This document shows positions 51,864 through 64,000 of a DNA stretch of 64,000 nt, in pieces. Numbering within the stretch: position 1 is the first letter of the stretch; each line of letters opens with the position of its first letter. Under the pieces are notes generated by a model. That model was not told the DNA's origin. It ran no database searches and worked only from the letters and a program-made list of their open reading frames with translations. A program made the translations under genes and the position numbers. Origin of the DNA: Psammoneis japonica (lineage: Eukaryota); the NCBI GenBank assembly GCA_008632985.1, contig QPGO01000096.1, positions 124,001-188,000 on the forward strand, read 5' to 3'.

Positions 51864-53600
51864 GTGCTTCAAAGAACTGTTTCAGCCACAACAGGAATGA
51901 GATCTCTGACTTGAATGACATCATCATCAAGAGCAACATGACACACCACACAGTCTGTCGCCTGCTCAAAATCCAACTTTTCCAAGGAGATTGAATCACT
52001 TTGATGTCAGCCTGATCTGTGAATTGACTTGTCAATGTGAGCCTGCATTGTTTGTTTGATCCATCAAATGGAAGATGCCAAGCAAGTGCTGCTGAACATC
52101 CATGCTGGGCTTGCCAGCAGAATTCCCAGACTTGTCAAATCCACATGTGGCAAATTCCCATTGCACTCTCTGGTGGGGCAGCAGGCTGTTGCAGAGCACT
52201 TGCTCACTCCCATTGAGAAACAGAGCAAAAACTCAGGAGAGTCTTTCACAGTTGACAAGCCTTTGTTTTTTTCTTCTCCTTTTTGAAGAGATTTTTTTGA
52301 ACAGCCATGGTCAAAATTGTTGCCACCATTCTTGTCAGACCAATCATTCTTCTTCAAGCTCACTGACAAGGCCAGGAAAAAGGAAATTGAGAGCTCTGCT
52401 TGAGATGAGTGTCTGTGTCAGAGGGCACTCTCAACTTGGCAGCATGCATGTGTGAGCCAACAGCTCAGCAGGAGGTGACAGCAAACCCAGCCAACAGAGT
52501 GACAAATCTAATCATTGCCATTGCGGTCAGAGTGGCTAGGCAGCATCTCTCACAACTTGGCTTGTGACTGCGCACTGGGAAAGATGGCTGGGGTCTTGCT
52601 GCTTGTTGTTTCATCCCAAGGGGCTGGAGGCAAACAAGGTGTTGTGGCACACAAGGAAGAGAAGCTGTCCATTCTCAAATGCAAAGTTGGCACAAAGGCC
52701 ATTTCAAACAGTGGCTGAGCTTTGAAGAGCAGTGCTTGTTCTGGCTCAGGCTGTCCAAACATTGCACTGTCATGCAGTCTTCATCAGGAAAGAGCCTGGT
52801 TTTGTTTGCTGCCTTCAGCTTCTGGCAGAAGCTGCAAATGCTGGTGTGACTGACAGTGCTTGGAGGCTCAGTTTCTCCAAGTGGGAGCAAAGCACCTTTG
52901 GCACATCGCCGTCTTTTGCAGCCTTCAGCATTGAGGATGCTTCTTTTGTGAAGGCTTGTTCTTTCTCTTCAGGGCCTCACTTCAAGTCCACATGCACTCA
53001 TGTTCATGCAAGCTGGGGTGAGGAGGATGAGAGATGAGAGCTGAGCCAGATGTCACACCTGCTTTCGAGCCCCCAAAGGCTCGGGTGACATGGTCGACAT
53101 GCTGCATCCTGCATCATTTGCTGCCAGCAAAGAACAAAAGCAAACACCAATGCCAACCTGGCTCTAAATCTGAAGAACTCTCATCAAAAAGAAGGAAAAT
53201 CAATCACAAATGACAGCTTGTCATGACATGCCAAACAATGAAAACACACACCACAAAGTGCCTGCAGCAGGCATCCCTGCCGCAGCCACCAATGACACTG
53301 CCGTTGCTGTGACAGCGCAGGTGCAGAAGGAGCACATGGTGCTGCACAGAATGCCTGTCACACAACCCGCCAGCAAGAAATCACACAGCACCTCCACACG
53401 CTGTGACAAAGAAAGTGTCGCAGCTCCTGTCAGAGGCAACACACAGATCCTGGCCACATCACACCTAAAATGACCCCAGTGGTTGCCAAATCTGTGGCCA
53501 CAGACATGAAAAAAGCGGAAGAATTTTATGTGTGATTGTTGGGATTGTGAGATGTGGTCGGAAGCAAGTTGGCTGGGGAAGTCTCCCCCAAGCATGTCCG
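51864..53600. other. TpA/CpG-depleted hypermutated block 7
   Basis: TA rare, TG/CA excess, overlapping Tyr-free ORFs. Confidence 0.85.
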
Positions 53601-53815
53601 GAAACTCATGACCATTGAGAACCACAAAAAAAAAAGCGCGGGAAAATGCTCACCCCGTAGAATCAATACGGAGTTCTACAGCCATCACTTCCATCGCCTC
53701 ATTCATGGCCATCGCAAAAATTGCTACGCAAAACTACCAACACATTTTTTTTCTTTCAACGCACTTGATGCTTTCGCTGATTCATCAAGGTCGTCAATTG
53801 TACAGGACAGCGAAC

Positions 53816-55849
53816 ATGAGATTTCCCCAAGCAGCTACTTTTCTAGCTGCAGCCTTTGCGTTCCTTCTCCTACTATGCCTTACAGGAGGATCATGGGTGT
53901 CGAAGAAGCATGGCGTGTTCTCTCACGCTTCACTTTTGTGAGCAGCTCTCGGTTGTGCATGGCTGGTGGTGAAGACGACGGCGATGATTGGTTCTCCGAT
54001 TACAATCCAGCAGACTATGAATCATACTCTCCTCAACGAGAATATAGAAGGGATGACTCAACGTATGGAGGACGCAGTCGTCGTTCTGCCAACTATGGTC
54101 GCGTCGGTCATGATTATGAGCGCGACACTTCTCGAGATAATTCCAATGTCGACGAGGACGTGATTAACGACCTTTTGGCTGAGCGATTGCAAGCACGCAA
54201 AAGAGGAGATTTTGACACGGCCGATGGTATCCGGGATATGCTGTTGAAGGAGCATTCTGTCGCTGTCTTTGACCGAGAAAAGACGTGGCGACAGGTGTTC
54301 ACCATCGTTTCGACAGCCCACGGGACGAAGGGCGCCACGTCGTCAGCAGCAGCGTAGCTTTGGACCGAACGGTCACGATTATGAGTACTGCTCTGATGCA
54401 GGACCAAACACGTCAACTGTAAGCGATCGTGACATTCATACCTTGCTGGCAGAAAGGCTTCAGGCAAAACTGAATCGCGACTTTCGAACGGCTGATAATA
54501 TCCAGTACAATCTCGCAGAAGAGGGGGTCTACATTCACGATGGATTCAAGGATGGAGAGCCGATGGGATTCCTTTTGGCGACTTGAGAGGACCGCAAGAT
54601 AATCGCAGGGATCGGAATCGTCCCTACTTGCAGTCGGAACACTCTTCTAGTCTTGATCAAGACGAACAAGAAATGATTGAAGAACTTGTAGAAAGAGACG
54701 CAAATGCAAGGAATCTAGGGACTATCTCAATGCTGACTCGATTCGTGATGACTTAAAGGATCGGTTCAATGTCTTTATTGACGATCGATTGCGTGAATGG
54801 AGCGTGGGTGGAGATTTTGGTGATGCACAAAACCAGGCACGTCAAATATCAGAGACCATGAGGTCGAGATCATATGCAAAGTCGCCAAAGAGCTCACCTG
54901 ACGTCCTCCAGAAGTAGAAGATTACATCCAGTCCAAGATTGATGAACGCATGGAAGCGAAGCGTAATCGGGACTTTGAAATTGCTGACGAAATCCGCGAT
55001 TCTCTAAAGGAGATTACAACGTTGATATTCAAGACAAGTTCAAAATGTGGTCGGTTGGGGGAGACTTTGGAGATGCTGTACCAAGAAAACGCAAAGCTCC
55101 TGGGAATATGTCGTCGGGGAGGAGGTAACCTGTCGGAAGAAGATGTTCTAACAATTACCGGTATGCTGGCTGAACGGTTCCAAGCCCAGCGTGACAGAAA
55201 CTACAACTTGGCAGATGGATTGCGTGACGAGCTTAGAGAGACATTTCAAGTCGCTATTGATGACCGGAGTCGTGAGTGGCGTGTAGATACGGATGAATAC
55301 GTACAGATTGCGTCCGAACTTGGCGCACGAGAGCTCTCGCCAGAGGAGGTAGCCGAGGTTCAAACGCGGCTGGAGCAGCGTGCAGCTCTTAAACGAGAGC
55401 GAAACTATGAGGCTGCAGACAGGATTCGAGATGACTTAATGGCTGATTACTCAGTCAAGGTGGACGATAGAACCAAGGAATGGAAAGTGGCAATGGGAGT
55501 TGGAAACTACAAATTCGAAGCCGAACGCCGCCAAGCGGACATTGAACTTGACGATGTACTGGAATCAGCTTTGGATTCCGTTGAACTTGACGATGTACTG
55601 AAATCAGATTTGGATTCCGTTGAGGACGATGATGACCTTGATGCTGAGCTAGACGCTCTTTTGGGTTCCAGCGATATAGACGGACCTGACTCTCTCGCAG
55701 AGGTCCCCTCCATTTCAATTAATGCCGAAGAATCGCCGGACGAGCTGTCCAAGCTCACCGTCGTGCAGCTCAAAGAGAAGCTACGAGAGGCTGGCAAGCC
55801 TGTCAGTGGAAGAAAGCAGGAGTTGGTCGACCGGCTACTAGGTGTGTAG
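53816..55849 (+). CDS. Protein with targeting leader, six CysRS-anticodon-domain-like repeats and a C-terminal SAP domain
   Basis: Six ER..A...R(D/N)(F/Y)..AD.IR..L.....V.I.D...W units across frameshifted ORFs. LSKLTVVQLKEKLR..G.PVSGRKQELVDRL matches SAP. 39-nt tandem repeat at 55542-55619. Confidence 0.75.
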
Positions 55850-56201
55850 CTTATTTCGACGGCATGAAATGACGAAGCAAGCCATGTCGAATGACCTTAA
55901 TCCGCTGAGCGACCATCGACGCTATGCTCACAGTCAATGCACAAGATATGGAAAGATTTTAATGTAACTTAAAGTGTACGATATGTCGCCTTGAATAGTG
56001 CAGCGGAATGAGTTGTGATTTCCATAACCCATTAAATGCCATGTGGGGAGAAGAAAGTGGGGAAATGCCGTTCAATTGGAACAATGTAGGTGCCCAAGAT
56101 AGGTGGCCGCAATGCAGTAATCTGGCCATCCTGTGGTATTTAGCTAGCTGGCGGCGTGACCCTGAAAGGATCAAGGACGAAAGGCTGCCTTGTCTGCACT
56201 C

Positions 56202-57817
56202 TTAGAGCTCAATCCCGAGGACTCGTAGCCTCGATGCCTTTGGCCGCACATGCAAATTCAGGTCTTCGCCAACAAGTCGATCACCAATCTTAAGTTTCCG
56301 TAGCGCAAGGAAGCCAGTTAGCTTCGTACGATGAGTTAATAGATTCTCCTTCATCAGTTTCTTCCGGTTATCGTGTACAGTCTGGTTCACACTCTTAATC
56401 TTTGCACGAAGGTGCAAAACATCCTGTTGGAATTCGACGGCGCTCTCTGTACTGTTTTCGTGGAGCTTCATCGTGTACATCTGCGACAAGATTTCTTGCC
56501 CATTGCTCATTTTGGCATACTGCTGGTTTAGAAAAGCCATGTCTACTTCCTCGTCCATGTAGCGGTTGTAAATGAGCTCGTAATTTGTCCCTCGCGCCTT
56601 GTTTCGAAAGAAATCTGCGAATTCGTCCTCAATTTTGCCGTGATTCAAGTCCCCTGCAAATGTTCGTTATCGTATGTTCATGTCAGGCGTCAACAGAAAT
56701 AGCAGGAAAACAGCGCAAGGGTAACTCAACTTACAAACCACATACGTGAAGTCCACCTTGTCGATCAACTGCTTATAAAACATTCGATAGGTGCAATCAT
56801 CGCCATATTCACGTTGCCATCCCGGCATGTCAAAAAAGGCAAAGTCGCTAAACTCGGAATTGGTATCAGCCACATCAAGTACATTGGGAAGAGTAGAACC
56901 GCAGATGGTATGCGTGATATCATTGATATGGCCCATCATTTCGCAGTGACGGCGACGTTCGAAATCATCCGAGCGGATTGGATCCGAATAAGGTGCGCCT
57001 AGAGAGATGCACACAAACTTGTCCGTAGTCGGTGCAGGAGCACTCTGTGCTGTTGAATAAGGGTGCCCCAGTAAAGCAGAAATAATGGTGGTCTTTCCCG
57101 TCGACCAAGAACCAGCGAATGCTTGTCAAGTAGAGCAAGTCGTGCAATCTGAGCAAAACTACGAAACGAACAGAATACCTGCATGGGTCGTGCAACATAC
57201 TCACCTACACGGACTCTTCCGGAGCAAAAGTTCTGACTGACCTCTTGCGAGCCGAAACCTTGCATAACATAGTTATAGCGACAACACAATGGCGAAGAAT
57301 CCTGTAAGCAATGAATGGGCGTCACAAACGCGACGAGATGAAGGCAGAGGAGGATGCCATATCCCAATACGAGTAGAACGTGGACTGCGTTACGAAAAGG
57401 CGGCGTATTCCATTGGTTGGAAGCATTCTTCGTGGTAGGCATGGTGATGAAAAAGCGAAAGACCGATCCTTGAAACGGCCTTATCGAAGCTGCAGTATTT
57501 GCTTTTGACAGCTCCTCATAGATCTTCTCGTAGTTGTTCTTCCAACTCGACGAATGGTACAGCAGCATTACAAACCAGATCGTGACAAAGAAGTTCTCGT
57601 AAGCTTCTAGAAGCACTACATCAGAGTAGTGCAGATACAGTATTCCCGCCGCACAAACTGTGAGAGAGCACCAATGAAACTTTGCGATCCAATCCGTTGC
57701 TATGATCCAATTCACCAACAACAGAACATACGTCAACAGACCAAAAAATACAACTAGCTGGGCGTTCTCCCGTAAGACAGCAGGAAACCAGATGCTCTCG
57801 ACAATCTTGCCAAACAT
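56202..57817 (-). CDS. Multi-TM protein with EHD/sarcalumenin-like P-loop GTPase domain; 3 exons
   Basis: Splicing out introns 57122-57204 and 56654-56734 gives [13 protein letters not shown] (G1), [14 protein letters not shown] (G3), VVWD and IYNRY. N-terminal hydrophobic helices. Confidence 0.72.
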
Positions 57818-58019
57818 AATAGTGAGACTTTTTAACTAAAATTAAGCGAGATAGATAATGCGGCAGGTCTCTGGTGTCAGTGTCATGATAGAGAAAATAG
57901 TGTTGTGCGGCAAGTGGCAAATAATAAAGGGAGATCTGAATGCATGAAATCTCCGTCCGGCCGCCGACCGACGACGACTCGAAAGGCCTCCTTCGAGCCT
58001 CCCTTTCTCTGGCGCGGCT

Positions 58020-60600
58020 TTTGGTGTCAGATTGTTTCAGAGCACCTCATTTTTCCTTGCTCTGAAACATTGTGTTTTTGCTGCTGAGTCATTGAGTTGT
58101 TGTTGTTGGAAAGGCTGTTCTTTTGCCAATTGTGCATCATGATGGGCTCTGCCTCCTCTGAAGCAGCACTCGCGCTGCCTGTGAGAACACGAAATCACAG
58201 CAAAACAAGTTTTTGCATTGCCCAACTTTGACCAAGGTGCTGAGGCCTTTTGCAAACATGCATTGTTTCAAGAGGGTCACAATCATCAACAATGCCAGCA
58301 GGATCGGTGTCGTGTGAAGGCGTTGGTGCAGAGTTGTGAGACATCTTGATGAGGTGGGGCGATGTGACATGTTCTTTTGTTGCCGTGGTGTGAGAGGCAA
58401 AAACTTGCTGTTTTTCATCCTCCCTTTGAGGTGACTTGAGAACAAGGGGAGGACATGGTTTGTGGTTTTTTGTGGCACTGTCGGTGTTTGTGTGCAAATG
58501 CACAATGAAGTGGACTGAAAGATGCGCGCACAAAAATTTTGTGATGCGAACATTTCATTGCCATGACATCTCAAACTGCGTTCTCCACTTGCAAAGGGAT
58601 GTTGTGTTGAGCCCTGAAGACAGTCTTTTTGGCTTGTGTGCAGTTGACAAAACTGCTGCCATGGCTGCCAGCACATGTTGGGCATCACACCACATTTTGT
58701 CTCCTTCAGCTGCCTTGTCATTGCAAGGAGCAAGAGAGTCACAGCTCTCCATTGCTTTGCATGCATCAAAGAAGCCCAAGTTCAAGAGTGCTGCTTGTGG
58801 ATTTCTCGCTTGTTGGGAGCTGACCTCTGGCAATGCAAGACAAGCTGAGGCATCATTGCATGGTGACAACATCATGCAATGCCCTTGTTTCTTTGCACCT
58901 TTGAAAGTGTTGGCAGCAGTGGCAGGGGTGATTTTGTTTTGCACGCATCTGTGCCATGACCAGAGCACTCCCCATGTGTGCATTTGTGGGTGGTGGCAAG
59001 TTGTCTTTGTTTTCATTTGTGGCTGTGGCCTTCTTCATCACCCCAACACTGTTTTGCATGTCATGCAAACTGCAGGCACACTTTGTCCAAAGAATGGAGC
59101 CACCTGCTGGTCACTGCCCTTCACAGTGCATGTCAGCACAAATGGTTGCTTCAACACAAAGGAGGTGCTGAAAAGGCTTTCTGTCATTCTCTGACATCCT
59201 TGATGACAGCATGCTTTGTTCATGCTGGTCTTGCTGCTCTCATTCACTGTGGCAGTGTGCAAGCAAAACAAGTCTCAAATGAGTTGTTTTTTGGCACAGA
59301 CCTCTGACCAGCATGCAAGCAAGCCATGAGTGCTGTCAATGTCAGGCTGAAGTTGCGCAGATTTGGCAGTATCCCAAGCAAATGTGCCAAGATGAAAATG
59401 AGTTCCAGATCAGAAGTGGCTGAAATCACAGCCATGTCTTGTCTCTTCACATTCTCTTCTTCCCAAGAACAAGTCAGAGAGCAACATCTGCACAGAGAAC
59501 AAAGTGGCAGGCTGCCTCTCCTGATGCTGTGCAACAGCACAGGAGCTGCAAGTGGATGACAAGGGGGGTCCTTAATGAAGAAGACACTCTGATGCAACCC
59601 CCACAAAGATGCAATCTGTGAGCAGATTTTCTCTTTCATTGATCCCAGCCCAACACAGCAATGCCACATGACATGCAGGCAAGAACAGACAGTCATCCAC
59701 AACTCTGTGCATGCACAGACTCAGAGCAAACATCACCTCCTGCAGCAATCACATGTGCACACCAGTGCAGACAAATGTCACTTCCACACTTGATGAGAAA
59801 GAACAAAATCTGTGGGCCATGGCAACAAGTTTGCTGCAGTTGTTGCAGTCTTTGCACTTCACTGTCCTTTTCAGATTTTGTGCATTTTAGGGGACTTGGC
59901 TGCGCCACTCAACTTGGTCAAGGGCATGTGTTTTGAAATGTTCCAACTGACCCATGACTTGCCCACATCTGCTGCCACCATGTTGGGACCTTGTGGACCA
60001 CTTGTTGAAGATTTGACAAAATGGTTGACTTGGTTGGGTGGAGTCATGCTGCAGGTTGATCCAGGGCCAAAGCTCGCAAAGAAATGAGCTCAGTTTGCTC
60101 ATCTGGAATTTGGTGTTGGGGATTTCCTGTGGTGCTGGTGAACTTGCCATCCAACCAAGATTGAGACAAGATTGTGCAGGGCTAGCTCCTCTTGGTGAGG
60201 GTTGACAACAGGGTGGCCAAGAAGACTGGTCTTCTCTTGGTGACACAATGTCTGGACACATGGGCACCTTCATGATGTCCTTGATTTGCTGACTGATGTT
60301 GTCAAGAACAGTGTTGTAGGAGACTGCATTGAAATGGGTGTTTGAAGGGGAGGCTCTTTGATTTTTGCATGTGCCATCTCACATGCAGGCAAAGAATCGA
60401 ACAAAATGTGTTTGTGATTCTTTTTGTTGGGGACTGCTGCCTCCACCTCAATTTTTGTCAAGTTGTCGCTGGGACAGTGACTGTTCGTGCATGCAATGAT
60501 TCAACAGCATTGTGAATCTGTGACAGTCTCACCAGGAGCAATGCCGCTGCAACAATGACATGACAGAAGATGAAAAACTGACAACTGGCGGCTGCCCAGT
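58020..60600. other. TpA/CpG-depleted hypermutated block 8, probably a decayed minus-strand gene or transposon ORF
   Basis: TA nearly absent. Protein-like remnants in ORF 58555..59016. Confidence 0.8.
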
Positions 60601-60954
60601 GACCACCCAACTTGGGTCGTGAATCAAGTCGTCACTCTGGGTAATGAAGTCGTCACCGACAATTACGCAGAAAAAGGTAAAGAGGCGATGGGCAAACTGC
60701 CAGTGAACAATGAACTGGTCAGTCTCGCTCGCTGATTTGAAGCGAATCAAAGAAGCTTAATGAATCGAATTTTCCTGACAATAAAGGCCTTCAACCATTG
60801 CGTGGGAAGTGACACATTCAGAAGGGCAACTACAGATGCGTTTTGAGCGTTGAAGAAAGCATGGCATTGTCGTCCCTTCCAATTCCAACTTGTAGTATAT
60901 GATCTCTATTCACATTCTAATGTACGAGTGCTTAGTAGCGACAAAATAGCGATT

Positions 60955-62539
60955 TTAAGTATCAACCCCGCATAAGCCGTTGGACTTGTGATGTTCTCCT
61001 TCAACCATGCTCACTATGGACTGCATGGTCATCAACAATGCGCTGACGAGGACGACAACACCAATACTGAACGCAATATAAGAGTTACGCGCGTGCATTC
61101 TCATCAGATACGCGAGAAGGATCTGCCCAAACAGCGTAGAGACAAACCCAAAAGAAAAGCAGACGATGGCATACTCTGGAACGAGCAGTCCAAAAACGAC
61201 GTAAGAGGTTGTCGCCGTGGTACTGGTAAACAGAATCATGGTGGCTGACGTCGCAGATGCCACTGAAGGCGAGGACGAAGAAAGCAAAACGGAGTAAGAA
61301 GGAGTAGCCATGGTCCTTTGCAAAACAGGTTGGTTGCTTACCCGCAGGGTGAACGCCCATTTGCAGCATCAATGGTCCCTTAACAATCCCACCGCCTAAT
61401 TTTCGTCGCAAGAAGGAAGACTATGAGATTCAATTGAGCATGCCATTTTTGAAGAACAATAGTACGCAGCACTCACCAATTCCAAACATTCCGGCAAACA
61501 ATCCCGCGAGAAAGCAGATGGCGGGGTACACAAGAGTTGTTCTGGAATCCCAATGGATGTCGCCCTCGACGTATTTGTAGCCAACACGGTCCTTCATTTC
61601 ATAACGACGAGTCAGCCAAGATCGAACAAACAACGTCACCACGGCGACTGAAAGTAGAATCAAGGCATTTGCAGTCCAAAAGGTTGCTGACCCGCATGTA
61701 ATTCCAAGCGGTGACACGTAGGCACCGCCTCCCTTTGCTAGGTTGATGACTAATACAAAGAAAAAGAGTGCGACAATGACAATGATCGCTCCTAAGGGTG
61801 CTCTCCGCTCTTCGTTCAATATCTGGGTCAGCTCATCGTTCACGGGCATTCCATCTGAGTGTATGCTCTCTCCCTTTACGACTAAGCAACTGAGCTCATT
61901 TGCCGAAGCTAGTTTCTCACGATTTCGAATCTCTCTAGTCTCTTTTCGATACATCTGTATCGCTTTGCTAAGCGTTTTTCGTGCTGTAAGGGTGAGTAGC
62001 ACGATGAGCATTATCACAATGACCGTCTCTGAGAGCATGCTGTTGATCCATGTGCCAACGACTGCTCCTGCGATGGTCACGGGTTCCATGATGAGAAGCA
62101 GCTGCCAGTCAATTAAAGGCCGATCCGCAAGGGGATGCCGCTGTCGAACATTCAATATAAGGTTAGCCAGTGCTCCACCCAGCACAGTCACATTCGACAA
62201 AGGGATTGCATGTTTGGGACTGAATCTCATAACGAGAATGTAAATGGGAATGAGGATTCCCCCGCCTCCAATGCCGCCGCCAGCAGCTAAAACCAACCCC
62301 AGAAAACAGAGAAAGAAACCTGCGTAGTCAGTTGGTTCAAGAGGGAACAATGACTCATGGATCTCTTCGTAAACGTGATCCCCTTCTTTGAAAACCCTCT
62401 CCAGTTCCTCTTCCACGGCCACCGGGAAAGTCACATTGTCGTTCGTTTCGTCTTTGGCGTCGACAAATCTCAGCAGAGTTCCCAAAAGTATCAGGAGGAG
62501 CGCTGGGGATAGCGTTGAATCCTGAAGCTTCCAAATCAT
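60955..62539 (-). CDS. TauE/SafE (TSUP) sulfite-exporter family membrane protein; 3 exons
   Basis: AAGGGIGGGGILIP, AIPLS, RHP...RPLID, MEP...GA..G, GMFGIG|GGIVKGPLML, HPA|VASATSATMILFTS. Introns 61396-61476 and 61263-61341. Confidence 0.9.
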
Positions 62540-62829
62540 TGTTGATGTGCTTTAAGAGCGAGAAATGTTGTAGTGCAAGCCGAGTTTAGCCACAGTTTCA
62601 TCGCCAATCGCAACCAGAATCTAACCACAATTTGAAATTGCAGCAGACAACTGGGTGTCAGGTGTCAGCCGACCGTTTTGTGACATGCCGTGTGGAGCGA
62701 GCGAGCGTGGCGACATACATGCGACATCTCTATCGTGGTTGAAGATTCGCTCGGTTGGGGTGAGATTCATTTGAATCGCGACTCGATTGGCTTGCACGCC
62801 GTCTTGTCAGCACAGTGACGCAAGGATGT

Positions 62830-64000
62830 CAAATTACACAAACCCATTCCTAGAATGATCCATGCCCCAGATGCAGCTCCCAAGACTTGATGCATGCATT
62901 TGTTGGCTGTGGTGCAAGCTCCTCCTGTTGCTGGAGCATGGCCGACAAGTCGCAACCTGGCACAGCTCATTTTGTGGAGATGACAGAGAAAAGAGGAGCA
63001 GCAGCGGAGGGGTGCCCTGAATTTGACCAAAATGTTTGAGGCTGCAGGCCTTTGGCACAGCAGTCATGTTGACAGGGATGTTGATGGTTGTCCAGTTGAC
63101 GCATTTTTTTGGGTTGTCCACAGGGCTCTCTGGGGCTTGGACATTCGAACACCACACTGGAGCCACCGCATGGTCAGCGAAAGCTTTGATTTTCTCTCAC
63201 ACATGATTGATCACCTCAGCATGTGATTGCAGTGTTTCAAAAATTTTTTGCTTGTTGAAAGAAGATGGGAACCCATCCAATTCTAACTTGGCAATGTGTC
63301 TGCCTGGCTCAGATTCGTGCTGTGGCATGTTGTTTGGAGAAGGAAGAATTCACTCAACTTGGACTTTTTGCAAAGAACAGAGGCAACAAAAGAGACCTTG
63401 TTTCTGAACATGTTGTTTGGAAAAGGAAGAATTCACTCAACTTGAACTTTTTGCAAAGAACAGAGGCAACAAAAGAGACCTTGTTTCTGAACATGGTGAG
63501 AGATGTTGAGAAGAGCAAAAGCTTTCCGACAATGAGCAGCCAACTTTGCTGCCCATTCTGCGGCTGCTGAGACAGGTGTTGTTGGATCAGCAAACAATGG
63601 TGCATTTTGGGTGCCTGGATGTTCTTGCAGGCAAGGAGAGTCATTTTTTCGACAGAACAATGTCCAAAACCCCGCAAAAAATGCTCGTGGCATCCATGAA
63701 TGACCATTGCCAGAAGCAAAGGGCAGGCTGGAGTGGCAACAATCCCGTCAGCAAAACACGTGCTCTTAAAATGCAATGAACAGCCCAAACAATTTTCAGC
63801 AAACACAACACAGGAACAGAAGGGAAAAAATGCAAAGGAGACCCTTGGTGAGCTGACAAATTGGCTGGCTGACTTTGACATGTGCTCATTCCCCCAAACG
63901 GCATCTCGAGCCTCTGGCACAGGTGTCACGGCCATTTCTTTCTTTGTTCCCACCATTTTACATTGAGCTGCTTGTTGCTTTGCCATGGCCAAACAACACT
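62830..64000. other. TpA/CpG-depleted hypermutated block 9
   Basis: TA nearly absent. Runs off the window end. Confidence 0.85.
63326..63495 (+). repeat. 83-bp direct tandem duplication (2 copies)
   Basis: CATGTTGTTTGG(A/G)...GACCTTGTTTCTGAA at 63326 and 63409, differing by two G/A transitions. Confidence 0.85.

Noticed and set aside
51397..52035. ORFs spanning the N run
   Set aside because: Artefacts of translating through an assembly gap.
1385..55849. Frameshifts in most conserved genes (HA, WD40, DEAH, ABCF, UbiE, ADHFE1, Prp28, Maf) read as pseudogenisation or programmed frameshifting
   Set aside because: They are scattered single-base indels, some in homopolymers, in essential genes with otherwise intact motifs. 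Unpolished assembly error is the simplest explanation. This same low polish is why the TA/CG signal needs independent read confirmation.
53063..58000. Small CG-containing hairpins (CGAGCC-N6-GGCTCG at ~53065; TCGAAAGG…CCTTCGA at ~57979) as Helitron-like termini
   Set aside because: Too short, with no matching terminal motifs or Rep/helicase evidence.
63326..63495. 83-bp repeat, and the three 24-bp repeats at 40718-40838, as CRISPR-like arrays
   Set aside because: The first is a spacerless two-copy tandem duplication. The second encodes in-frame PTSTPGPT stalk repeats. No cas genes are present.

Overview
Eukaryotic nuclear DNA, most likely a diatom or other stramenopile. This is inferred from short GT-AG introns, a multi-HA-repeat protein, apparent signal/plastid leaders and fasciclins. 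About 21 protein-coding loci lie in gene islands: HA-repeat, BAR-like, WD40, LEA14, flavodoxin, SET, DEAH helicase, GH78+propeller, ABCF, AsnA, RING, UbiE-type MTase, two fasciclins, ADHFE1, Prp28, Maf, CysRS-anticodon-repeat/SAP, EHD-like GTPase, TauE and a small membrane protein. Many carry single-base frameshifts that look like assembly errors. The islands alternate with nine 1-3 kb blocks (roughly a quarter of the window) from which TpA has almost vanished, CpG is strongly reduced, and TpG/CpA dominate. Internal duplicates and decayed genes show the direction of change: both TA->TG/CA and CG->TG/CA. CG loss fits 5mC deamination. TA->TG/CA is the reverse of fungal RIP and I know of no described mechanism for it, so this targeted hypermutation is the main finding. 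A base-calling artefact at modified bases must still be excluded. No rRNA, tRNA or CRISPR array was seen. A 233-N gap lies at 51631-51863.
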